From contig OZ360226.1 of NCBI GenBank assembly GCA_977017645.1, positions 62,310,001-62,374,000 of the forward strand: a DNA stretch of 64,000 bases, in the 5' to 3' direction. The position numbers were made by a program, and so were the translations under genes. Below, one piece after another: positions 50,825 to 62,535 of the stretch; within the stretch, counting starts at the first letter, position 1, and the number at the start of each line of letters is the position of its first letter. The notes beneath the pieces are model-generated. The model worked only from the letters and a program-made list of their open reading frames with translations. It was not told the DNA's origin and ran no database searches. This stretch comes from Torpedo marmorata. Lineage: Eukaryota.

Positions 50825-51772
50825 GCAACATCTCATTTTCTGTCTAGGCACTCTCCAGCCAGATGGCATTAACATTGACTTTTCTGCTTTCCACTAAACC
50901 TGCTTGTCTTTTCCTTCCCCTCCCCCCTTACCTGTCCTTCAAGTTTTTTTCCACCCACCCAGCCATCCCTCCTCCCCCTCATCCTCACCTACCACCCCAC
51001 CAGCCTCCGCATCCAACACATTACCCACCGGAATTTCCGGCACTTACTACAGGATCCCACCACCAGACACATTTTTCCTTCTCCTCCCCTCTCGGCCTTC
51101 CACATGGACCGCTCCCTCCGCGATTCAATCGTGCACTCATCCCTCCCCACCCATCGCACCCCCAGCACCTTCCCCTGTGCCCGCAGGACGTGCAACACCT
51201 GCGTCCACACCTCCCCCCTCACCACGGTCCGGGGCCCCAAACAGGCCTTTCAAGTGAAACTACACTTCACTTGTACATCCAGAGAACTTATTTACTGCAT
51301 CCGGTGCTCCCTTTGTGGCTTTCTCTACATTGGAGAGACCGGTCGTAGATTGGGAGATCGCTTTTCTGAGCACCTCCTCTCCGTCCGCAACAACAGCAAC
51401 CTCCCAGTAGCCAGCCATTTCAATTCCGAGTCACACTCCCACACTCACATGTCTGTCCATGGCCTTATGTACTATCCCACCCAGACTACCCGCAAATTGG
51501 AGGAACAACATCTCATTTTCCGTCTTGGCACTCTCTAGCCAGATGGCATTAACATTGACTTTTCTGCTTTCCACTAAACCTGCTTGTCATTTCCTTCCCC
51601 TCCCCCCTCACCTGTCCTTCCTGTTTTTTCCACCCACCCAGCCATCCCTCCTCCCCCTCTTTGCTGCTGTCCCCTCCCTCCTTTCTCCACCTATCATCTC
51701 CTGCCTTTGCCATCACCCTCCCCCCCCCTTACCCCCCTCACTCTTTTGTTCAGACACCTGCCGGCATTTTCT

Positions 51773-51813
51773 CATACTTTGATGAAGGGCTCAAGCCCGA
51801 AACGTCGGTTATG
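51773..51813 (+). ncRNA. Minimal type I hammerhead-ribozyme-like motif in the 5' pseudo-LTR
   Basis: CAUACU-UUGAUGA-A-GGGC(UCAA)GCCC-GAAA-CG-UC/GG-U-UAUG. Confidence 0.75.
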
Positions 51814-52489
51814 TATTTCTACCTTTGCTACATAAAAGACACTGTTTGACCTGCTGAGTTTCTCCAGCATTTTGTGTTTTTACTTCAACCACGGTGTCTA
51901 CAGATTTTTGTGATTTACTTCTGACTACTACAACAACTCTGTGAAAGCTCTTCGAGGGATGCCTACCCTGAAGAAGTTCGCCTTTGCTCTCCGAAGGGAG
52001 TTCTGTGGGATTCTCTCTCACTGCTCCCCATCTGCAACCCCTGCTGCTTTCAAGCTCTACGACCATGTACTCACCCAGACTCGATTCCACAGCCACGTTG
52101 CCTTTCTCGCTACTTGCCTCCGTCGCCATCTTGTGCCTCATGGTTTCCAGCTTCGATTCCAGGCCTCGCAGTTTGGCCCCCGCAAGGACCTCAGGTACCT
52201 ACACAGCTTCGACTACTGCTCTCTCTGCTTCTCCCAACGACTCCTCCGCTTCACCCTCGCCTCGATGCGGAGATATCAGCGGCAACTCTTCCTCACCTGC
52301 CACAGCTCCGGACCTCGCTGGCCACGGCCTGCAGCGGACCCCACCTATACTACATCCGCCGCCGGATCCACGCGTTCAACCGCCGGCTCTACACCTACCT
52401 GGCGTCCATCAAGAACCGTAAGCTTGCCTCCCTCGAGACTGCAGCCTCTGCGACCCTCTACGTGGATCCCCATCTCGGCCCCGGCCACC

Positions 52490-52760
52490 TGCCCTCCGGA
52501 GCTCCCAATGCCGCGTCCGACGACCCGAGCCTGGACCCTGGCTGCCGACTCACCAGAGCTCCCAACGCCACGGACGCCAACCCGACCCTGGACCCTGGCC
52601 GCCGACTCCCCGGAGCTCCCAACGCCATGGCCGCCCACTCCTACACGCGCCCCTGGCGCCGACACGACGGTACTCCCGACGCCACGGCCGCCCACTCCAG
52701 CCCGGGCCCCGAGCCCCGAGCCCCTACTCACCAGAGCTCCTGATGCCTCCACTGCCGACT
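52490..52760 (+). repeat. Imperfect GC-rich tandem repeat (about 57-bp unit) inside the PLE ORF
   Basis: Recurring GAGCTCCCAA(C/T)GCC...CCTGGACCCTGGC.GCCGACTC. Confidence 0.8.
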
Positions 52761-52854
52761 CCCGACACAGACTGTTACCTGCTGGAGCCTCCCACGCTGA
52801 CTGCCACTGGAGTCCTCATCGCGTTACTGAATTCCACTTACTTATCCCCCTCAC

Positions 52855-53165
52855 TACTCCTTCCCTATCCTCCCACACCTCTCCCTACTCCACCCCATCT
52901 CCCCCTCTCTGCCCCCCTCTCCTCCCCAACCCTCAGCCTCATCCCCCCCTCTCTCTGGCTACCCCCCAACCCCCCTCTCCCACCCTCCTACCTCCCCCAC
53001 CCCCCACCTCCCCCCTCTGACCCCCCCTCCACCCGCCAACACCCCCGACCCCACTCCTCCTCCCTCCAATCTCCCCCACCTTCCATCTCTACCCTCGGAC
53101 CTCCCCAACTCTCCCCCTCCCCCCAACACCCTCCACAACACCGACCCCCACTCTAACCCCCTGCT
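52855..53165. repeat. C-rich low-complexity tract inside the PLE
   Basis: Almost G-free runs of C separated by T or A. Confidence 0.85.
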
Positions 53166-54918
53166 TGGTTTTTACTATCCCCTCCAACCTTCCCCTCTCT
53201 GAGATGGAGCGCTCGGTCCTCAGTAGAGGCCTCACATTCGTCCCCCTCCGCCAACACCTCATCAAGTTCCGCGCACTCTGCGATGCCGAACTCTTCTTCC
53301 GTCGCCTCTGCCTCCGGGCTCACTTCCATGACCGTGACTCTACACCCCCCACCCAAGACCCTTTCTCCCGCTTCAAGCCATCTTCCTCTTCCTGGACACC
53401 TCGTCCTGGCCAGCTGCCCGCTCTGGACCTTTTTATTTCCAACTGCCACCGAGACATCAACTGTCTCAACTTCACCACCCCCATCTCGTATTCCAACCTC
53501 ACCTCCTCAGAATGCTCACTCTCAATAACTTCTCCTTCAACTCATCCCACTTCCTCCAAATCAAAGGAGTAGCCATGGGTACCCGCATGGGTCCCAGCTA
53601 TGCCTGCCTGTTTGTGGGCTTTGTGGAGCAATCCATGCTGCAAGCCTACACAGGCAAGACCCCTCATTTCTTCCTCTGGTATATCGACGACTGCATCGGG
53701 GCTGCCTCATGCACCCGCGATGAGCTTGTCAACTTCATCCACTTCGCGTCCAACTTCCACCCGATCTCAAACTCACCTGGTCCATCTCCGATAACGCTCT
53801 CCCCTTCCTGGATCTCTCTGTCTCCATCTCAGGAGACAAGCTTTCCACTGACATTTACTACAAACCCTCCAACTCCCACAACTATCTGGACTACACTTCC
53901 TCACACCCTGTCCCCTGCAAGGATTCCATCCCCTTCTCTCAATTTCTCCATCTCCGCCGCATCTGTTCCCAAGATGAGGTCTTCCAGTCCAGATCTTCTG
54001 AAATATCTGCCTTCTTCCACAAACGTGGCTTCCCCTCCACCACCATCAACTCAACCCTCACCCGCATCTCCTTCAATTCCCGCTCATCTGCCCTGGCCCC
54101 CTCTGCCCCCAGATGCAACAAACATAGAATCCCCCTCATCCTCACCTACCACCCCACCAGCCTCCGCATCCAACACATTATCCTTCGGAATTTCCGGCAC
54201 TTCCTACAGGATCCCACCACCAGACACATTTTTCCTTCTCCTCCCCTCTCGGCCTTCCGCAGGGACCGCTCCCTCCGCAATTCCCTCGTGCACTCATCCC
54301 TCCGCAACCATCGCACCCCCGGCACCTTCCCCTGCGCCCGCAGGAGGTGCAACACTTGTTCCCACACCTCCCCCCTCACCACGGTCCAGGGCCCCAAACA
54401 TGCCTTTCAAGGAAGCTTCACTTCACTTGTACATCCAGAGAACTTATTTACAGCATCCGGTGCTCCTTTTGTGGCTTTCTCTACATCGGAGAGACTGGTC
54501 GTAGATTGGGAGATCACTTCGCTGAGCACCTTCTCTCCATCCGCAACAACAGCGACCTCCCAGTAGCCAACCATTTCAATTCCGGGTCACACTCCCACAC
54601 TCACATGTCTGTCCATGGCCTTATGTACTATCCCACCCAGACTACCCGCAAATTGGAGGAACATCTCATTTTCCGTCTGGGCACTCTCCAGCCAGATGGC
54701 ATTGACATTGACTTTTCTGCTTTCCACTAAACCTGCTTGTCGTTTCCTTCCCCTCCCCCTCACCTGTCCTTCCTGTTTTGTTCCACCCACCCAGCCATCC
54801 CTCCTCCCACTCTTTGCTGCTGTCCCCTCCCTCCTTTCTCCACCTATCATCTCCTGCCTTTGCCACCCCCCCTCCTTCCCCCCTCACTCTTTTGTTCGGA
54901 CGCCTGCCGGCATTTTCT

Positions 54919-54959
54919 CATACTTTGATGAAGGGCTCAAGCCCGAAACGTCGGTTATG
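54919..54959 (+). ncRNA. Minimal type I hammerhead-ribozyme-like motif in the 3' pseudo-LTR
   Basis: Identical to 51773-51813. Confidence 0.75.
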
Positions 54960-56964
54960 TATTTCTACCTTTGCTACATAAAAGACACTGTTTGACCTGC
55001 TGAGTTTCTCCACCATTTGTGTTTTTTACTCCAACCACGGTGTCTACAGAATTTCATGATTTACTTTTCAAGTTATTAACTTGCCTTGGATCTCTTGGGC
55101 CTTTTCCTTTTGGACCAGTGCCCCATGTGGGGCATTGCCAAAGGTTTTACCAAAATCCATGTGAACCATATCTACTGCACTACCCTCATCGATATCTCTT
55201 CAAAAATGTCTTGTCATATACTAATTGTAGTTGTGATAATCCAGGCAGAAGACACTAACACCAGGAGCTAGGCATATTCAAAAGTAACTCAAAATGATTT
55301 GCCCACTATTTTTCTTCCTCTCCTTAAGGAATATACAGCCCATATTTGTTTGTGTTCTTGCCAATCAACTGAAACAGCAGAACCATAATTTCACCTTGTG
55401 CTGTTATATGAAGTTGTAGTATGGATACCGATACACAGGCACTGAGCACCTTCTCAAATAACAGAAATGGGCAGCAGTAGTAATTTGACAGAAATTTCAA
55501 GCACTAGTCGGAAACAATGATCTCATTATAAGGCACAATTTAAGTATTTCCCACAAGATTAATTGCTAATGTAGTCCATTGTTCAAACCTGATTAAAATA
55601 GATTTTTAAAAATATATTACATGACATCATGCAACAGATGTATAGTTTTGCTAAAGAAGGCATTGTTCATTAGCTCTTTATTTCAAAGGTGAAGAGCAAT
55701 TCTCACCACTGATTATTGTCAGTTCAGGAGCATTGTAAGTTAGTTGACGGGGAGGAGTGATGTAAATGAGAACATCTGTTATTTAAAATAACAGCTGGCA
55801 TGAACAGTGCACAAATTGCTGCTTAAACCAGAATGCACTTTGAATTTTACTCACAGGGCAAACGAAATTGCATTTCAATAAAAAATACCCGTAGAAAAAG
55901 AAGAGAGTCAGAAAAGTATTAATGCTAATATTCTTAGAAATTGAATTGGCTACTCAGCATACAACTGTGGTGAGGAGGACAGCAGATTGTGCCTGTTTCT
56001 TCAAAAATAATAAAACCAAACTTGGTAGTTCAGTTTTAAAGACTAGACTCAAGGCAGAAAGAGATGTGTTCTTACCCAAAATACCCATCAGTAAATAAGA
56101 ACTCGATAAAACACACATATATTATACTGTAACTGACACACGAAAGTAAACAAATACTCTCTATTCTTGACAAATTTATTCTACATTCTACAAAAAAACA
56201 ATTCTCAAATCACATCAGAAGTGGCACAATTTGTTCATAAATCATTGTTAATACAAGCAAAATATAGCAGCATTGGAATACAGATCTTGGTGCTCACTCA
56301 TAGGTGGATTGGTGAAGCAGCGTTGAGCTATACATGACCTTATTTGTACTGAATATTTTTACTTGTAGTCAATTCCTCATTTGTACTGAAACGTCTGATC
56401 TTGGATAACATATTGCAGTTGGCCTTACAGTTTACTGGGGAATGAGAGTCAGGTAGAGTTTCCAATCTTGATCATCATTTATTGACTCCTTCCTGAAAAA
56501 TCTGACATTAAGTGAGCAAAATTAGATTTGGCTGCAACATCCCTATTCTTTGCCAACATTCATTTCCTAGGGTCTTAAACATGAAAAATGGGCTCACAAC
56601 CACATTTCTAGAGTATCAATTCCATAAATCACATAGATCATTCCTCCTTCAATTAAGAACTACTGATCTTAAAATTATTCCAGCTGGCTAGTATAACAAA
56701 AGCAGAAGTGAAGCAGTAACCAGTCTACCAGCCTCCAGAGTACACATGTCTATGGATATGGCAGGCACAGCGAGCAACTAGCACAGCTTGTGTCCGAGCA
56801 CACAGTTAGCACAAGAAAACATTTGTTTATTCCCGCAAATACCAAATAAAAGTATGTGATCCTTTTGAGATCATTCACCTTCATTGACAATAGGTGCTTT
56901 AAAAATAGTTCACTTTACAGTCAGTCCTACTGCCACTGCCCATTGCACCCTGTTTGAAATCTGA

Positions 56965-57635
56965 GAAAGGAAGGGACAGAAGAAAGGCAGGTACAAAGAG
57001 GCAGAGAGAAAGGGAAGAGAAGAGCAAGGGGAAAGAGATAAGGGAGGCAGAGAAAAAAGGGGAAGAGACAGAAAGGGTTCAAGATTCAGGAAGAGTTGGG
57101 TAGGTGAGAATTGCAGAAGTGAGCCAGTGAAGATGTGAAGGAGCAGTGGACTGAAAGAAAGTGAGAGGAGAGAGAGAGAGAGAGAGAGAGATGCACAGAG
57201 GGAAGGTTCTAAACGCTCACAATCAGTCTGATTGAAAGTGCAGCTTTGATTTTACATGCTGCCCATTCTCATGAGCACCTCAGGGCTATACTATCATCAT
57301 GCTTTTTACCCTTCTCTCACTTTCCCTCTCCGTTTTCTCCTTCTTGTCCTTTTATTTATCCTTGACTGCCCACTCGCTTTCCTCATCTTCCCGCCTACCC
57401 CTCTAATTTGCCATCACCTCTCTTCCATTATCTCCTGCTTTCTCTATCCCACCCTTTCCACTTCCTCCCCTCTACCCCCAACACACGTCCCCCTCCCCAC
57501 TCTCTATTACTTTATTTTCTCTCCCTTTCACATCTCCACTGTCTCTTTATCCACCATTCTCCTGACTCCCCTACCTTCTGCTTTTCCCTCTCTCTCCCCT
57601 TCCCAAATCCACCCACCCCTCCCTTTCCCTGACCT
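56965..57635. repeat. Polypurine block with (GA)n, a short unique spacer, then a polypyrimidine block
   Basis: 56965-57205 is A/G-rich and 57300-57635 is C/T-rich. Confidence 0.75.
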
Positions 57636-60189
57636 TTGAAAAATCATACTATTCTATTATCGTTTAACAATGCAAACATATAATTTGTAATTGATCAATG
57701 CAGTTTTTAATCACTCGACAGCAATAATGATAACGTTAAATAACATTATATTGTCAATAATAAACATGGCAAATTATTAAACTTATTTTTTTTTAATTGT
57801 TAGTCAACAGGTCTGGGTTGTTTTTTTCTTAATTTTTCTGATTTTCCACTGTTACATTTTAAAATATTTTCAAGTCCCAACTTAATTTCTTCAGGATTAG
57901 AGCAGTTTTACGATTAAGAGTTGAAAGTTGTTGTATACTAGCTGGGCACAAAAGGGATTGGTAAGTATTACCTAAGCCAGTATTTCTTAACTGTGGACTA
58001 TGGACGACTGGAGATCATTGGTTGGTTATCGCTGGTGCATGGTGACAGGGCAAAGGCAAATATTAATGATGTACTAAGTAGTGCGTAAATTTGAAGATAA
58101 AAGAAAAGTCTTGAGCTCCCCCCTCCCTGCTCCCCCCCCTCCCCCTCAATAAGTAAAAGAATTACTTAAGATGCGTTGAAAAAAAAGGTTGAGAAAATTT
58201 GTTCTAAACCATTGCCAAATAAAAAGCTGATCACTCCTGCATGGATTGCTGCAGGATGCCTCAAGGCACATGCTATCAATTCAAATACATCTTAAAAATT
58301 AATTCCACAGCATTCTTTTCTTCCCACAACTCAGTACCTAAAGAAAATTCAAGTCTGGGCTATCCATTATCCAGTATGAATCTACTTCCACAGTCTCTTC
58401 TGCCTGTTCTGTATCAATAAAATACAAATTCCATTGTCTCATGTTTTATCCATCACCTTAAACTGATCTGAAATCGACTGCTCCCAAAGTGCCCAAAATT
58501 GTTCAATATTTCAAGTAATCCTGTCCTTTATTTAAAAAAGGAAATGCAATGCCTCAACTATTCAAAATATTCCATGTTCCACAAATACTCTGCGGAAAGC
58601 TGCAAAATATAAATTTCTCAATTTACATAACTCAGCTACAGGGAAGAGCAGGATATTACTTTTGTCATAATTTAATGCATATTTACAATAGTTAATTCTT
58701 TTTATTCTGCCCAGGCTCCCAAATAAACTTGATTTTATCACATCAATTAAATGTTTTCAGTATATCATGAAAATCTGTTGCAAAGCCAGTAAAAAGCCTT
58801 CCAATTTGCCTGTGACCTTGTCAGGGTGCAGTTAAAGTATGCTGTAATCAAAATGTAGACTCCTAATTTAATGTGCAGGATTATACATGTATGCCGCTAA
58901 TTGAATTTTGAAATGGCAGGTGCGTGTTCATTCCCAAAATAAATCTGCACAACATAAAAAGGAAAATATTCTACTGAATTGCCCAAATCACTAATAGCTA
59001 GAAACTGGGGCACATTTTGCATTCATCCCATGGGCAATGTCATGCATTCACCAGTGACTTGCCCTTGGGACATATGTAATTCTTCAAGAAATTTCTTGCT
59101 ATAAATATCAAGATAGTGACAAATGTAGCTTACTGATGCCTCTCAATCTTTCCTCTGCCAAAGTTTAGATTCAAGCAGGAGACTCGTGGAGTTGCAGCTC
59201 TGAGCATAACTTCTAATGTTAACACGTGCATAACCATTCTCCTTGAGAAGTGTATGGTGGATCGAAGGCAGAATTCCGGTCTTTGCTGAAACAGAACTTC
59301 TCATGAGGTAGAAGTCCATTTAAATGGTATCCTTGGTATCCTTCTAACTAGTAGGTCCAAAGCAAATAAAGCAGAGTGTAAATAAGAGTGAGAAACACCT
59401 ATTGATGCAGGAAGTGCTCACTTTGAAATCAAACAATAGTGAAACAATTCAGAGGGATGCACTTTCTCTTTAAGAACAATGATGCATAAAGTGATTTCAA
59501 AAGAGCAGGATGGTTGGTTGAGAAATTAATGCTTGGATCTCAAAGGGCAGAGAGTAGATCTTCATTAAATATATTTTTAATTCTGCCAGTTTTTTAAGTT
59601 TTAAAACACAGTGAAGAGGTGAAGTGGTGTTGGAATTAGGTTATGGAAGCAGAGAACAACTGTTCCAATTTTCCTCATATTTGTGACATTCCTGCACAAC
59701 AGAAAAGAAAGATATCCTACAGCATTAAATGGCCTAAATATTAAAAGGAGACCTTTGCTCATTTTTCAGTAGAAGTTAATGCACCTGCTGTGTTACGGAT
59801 CAAGGACAAATAGAAGGAAAAAGAAAGTCAGGTGCTGGTATTCTGAAAGCGCTGAGTTTGTCAGAAATGTTCAGCAGACCAATTGCCTCCTGAGGAGTGA
59901 AGAAGGACATTAATTCTTCAGGTGGAGCCTGTAGCAAAGACCTGCATTTGTTGCTGGTTGAGCTGCAGAATATTTTCAAAAAATTGTTCTGCAATCTTTG
60001 CTGTCAACTGTTCCATAGCGTGCAAAAGCAGCCATGTCTACACATTCTCCATTTGCCACTTCACCCTCCTCCTCAGTCTGACCGTGCACATTGGCTTTAC
60101 TCACATTTAGCACTACTCTAAAGGGAGACTGGGTGGTTCTGTAAACCTCTTCATAACAATGACAAAAATATTAGTATTCACATCTGTGT

Positions 60190-60505
60190 CAGAAAGAAGT
60201 CATTGGAACCCATCTCCACCCATCAGAAGTACAAACTTTTGAACTACACTTTTGACTGTCTTCAGCATGTAAAAGAATCCATGGCCTAATTGAAGAAATG
60301 TAGAGTTCTCCCTGTGCCCTGACTAACATTTACCACTCAATCTCTATCACTAAATTAGATGACATGGACATTATCTCTGCACTCTTTGGGAACTTGCTCT
60401 GTACAAATAAACTGCTGCATTTTCCAACATCCAAACAGTAGCTACAACATTAAGATGTGTTTTGCTACATCCTGAGCCTGTTAACGACACTGTAGAAAGG
60501 CAAAC
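60190..60505 (+). mobile_element. Ancient Deu-domain SINE (SacSINE1/AmnSINE1-like)
   Basis: AATCCATGGC...GAGTTCTCCCTGTGCCCTGACTAACATTTA...TTTGGGAACTTGCTCTGTACAAA follows the Deu-domain consensus as I recall it. Confidence 0.7.
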
Positions 60506-60529
60506 TAATTCTAACTTGAAGTTGATAAG

Positions 60530-60800
60530 AGTCATGATTGGACAGCATGGAAGCACGTCCTGCAGCCCAACTCATCCATGCTGGCTAAGTTGTCCATCTT
60601 AGCTCATTCAATTTGCCTGATTTGGAACACATCCATCTAAACTTTTACTGTCCATGTACCCACCTTTACAGCTTCTTCTGGCTTGTTCCATATAGCAACC
60701 ACCCACTGGGTGAAAAATAATGTCACTTAGGTCCCCTTAAATCCTTCCACTCATATCTTAAATCTAAGCCCTCTAGTTTTATTCTCCCCTAGCCTGAAGA
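60530..60800 (-). mobile_element. Degenerate CR1 3' end
   Basis: Minus-strand KTRGLRFKI and FFTQWV remnants plus the 3'UTR. Confidence 0.7.
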
Positions 60801-61189
60801 ACCATCTTAGTTAAAAAATAATAAGCCTGTCCTATAAGTTTGAATGTCGAATTTCAGAAGCAGTGTTACCAAACTCTCATCATCTGCTGGAAAAGCTTTC
60901 CCCTTTAAAACTCAAGAAATTAAGCTCTACTTTTGGGCAGAACACATCTGGAACATTCATGTTCATATGGCAGGCTTGAGAGCGGAACCGATTGCAAGGG
61001 TTTGAGACTCTGAAATGAAGCTCCAAGTTACATTCGGAATATTATTCTTTAACACGAGGCACGGTTATATTAATAGTGTCACTTCATTGTGAAAAGAACA
61101 TGGTGAATTTATCAGAAACTCCAGGCCCTGCAGGCAGGTAATAAATATGCCACATAAAGCATCTATTTAACAAACACATTGGCAAACAT

Positions 61190-61965
61190 CAACGGGGATT
61201 GCAGACGACTAGTTTGATCAAAGCTTCGTCCAATCCCCTTGATTTCCTGCAGGAACACAGTTTTATGTAAAGTCTACGCACGCAACAGCTACAGAGAGAG
61301 AGAAAAATACTTCAATGACACGTGAAGGTCTCCTGTATGGAGAATCGCTTATGTAAATACATGATATACGGGCGCAGCCGCTCTCGCGTTAGGGAAATTG
61401 GCTGCGGAGAGTGTGAGCGATCGTGGACGGAATGTGTAGCTGGAAGCGACAACAATCTCCAGATCGGCTGCAATATCAGACGGGTTTAATGAAATCGCCG
61501 TGGGCAGGAAATTAACTGAAAGCATCAAAGTGTGCTTGGGCTCGTTCTGGGGCACGGCAGAGTGTTAAAGTACCACAGCAAGAGAAAGCAGAGTCCTTGC
61601 ACGGTGGCAGGCATTTCAATCCGGACTGGTGAATCTTGATTAAAAAGCCGCTTTCTTGCAATTTAGAAGACGGTAAAATTGATGCATTAAAACCGGTCGA
61701 CATCAACTCGCTTGTGAACCTCTTATAGTTCAGCACGCTCGGGCTAGTAGTTTAGTAAATCGTTGTAACCTCTCCTGTACTGATTAAACAGAGGGTCCTT
61801 GCGCTTTTCTGCCCCTTCGCCCGATGAGTATCCGCTTCGTGCAAGGAACGCGGTTACCAAACAACGAATACCCGCCTGGCCTTTAAAGAATACATCGTTG
61901 TACTTCCTTAATCAACGTAGCTTGAATTCTAGGGACAAGGATTCTCACAGTTCCCCGACGGAATG
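61190..61965. promoter_or_regulatory. CpG-rich, repeat-free block; candidate enhancer, promoter or conserved non-coding element
   Basis: CpG is visibly dense compared with the CpG-depleted flanks; no transposon similarity recognised; several TAAT/ATTA homeodomain-type cores. Confidence 0.5.
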
Positions 61966-62004
61966 GGGGTAATCAATCACAAACGGAGAATGTTTTTTTT
62001 TTTG

Positions 62005-62535
62005 TTTCATTGCACGTTTCACTAGACAACCCAAAGCAACTTACAGCCAATTAAGTGCTTTGGGGTAATCACTGCTCCAAGGTCTCAAAAGCAACTGCCA
62101 ATTTGCACACAGCAAGCTCCCATAAATGTGTCAGTGAGCAGTTTTAGTGATGTTGCTTGAGGTACAAATGACTGCTACACCAGGACACCATATGGCGATT
62201 ATTCCTGGTGTCCCGCTCATTCCTGATCAAGGGTTTTCTGCCCATAACGTAGACTTGCTTTCATGGATGTTGCCTGAGCTGCAGGTTTCTCTAGCACTTT
62301 CTTGATGTGTGCTCCAATTCTCCAGCATCTGCATACGTCCTGTTCACTATTCATCATATCCCTCCTTCATACAGTCAATACAATAAAATGCATTAGTCCC
62401 CTCTACCCCACCACCACCAGAGGACAGGCAAGGCCTTAAATGATTATCTCATCTAAAAGAATGACATCATTAAGAGTGGTGTAATACTGAAATGCCTTGA
62501 GGTTAGTGGAGTGTGACTTCAAACCTCAAACCTCC
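62005..62535 (-). mobile_element. Ancient Deu-domain SINE, interrupted by a PLE tail (about 62215-62350)
   Basis: CCCAAAGCAACTTACAGCCAAT...GCCAATTTGCACACAGCAAGCTCCCA...TAGTGATGTTGCTTGAGG...CCAGGACACC, with a tRNA-head remnant near 62505-62535. Confidence 0.72.

Larger units (their letters stand above)
51959..54730 (+). pseudogene. PLE ORF (N-terminal domain, RT, GIY-YIG); frameshifted, RT N-terminal half deleted at about 53512
   Basis: Motifs HVAFLATCLRRHLVPHGF, LSRGLTFVP, GVAMGTRMGPSYA, WYIDD, FPCARRRCNTC and LIY.IRC..CGFLYIGETGR. Confidence 0.92.
50825..55068 (+). mobile_element. Penelope-like element (Neptune-type) with pseudo-LTRs
   Basis: Direct repeats of about 940 bp (~50978-51920, ~54131-55068) plus an extra 5' partial copy (50825-50977); RT, Cys linker and GIY-YIG endonuclease; TSD CAAGTT at 50819-50824 and 55069-55074. 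Confidence 0.95.

Noticed and set aside
51941-53020. Novel 359-aa proline-rich host protein
   Set aside because: It is the PLE N-terminus read through a frameshift into tandem and C-rich repeats.
59800-60121. Short overlapping ORFs as a coding exon
   Set aside because: No recognisable homology or clear splice signals; left unassigned.
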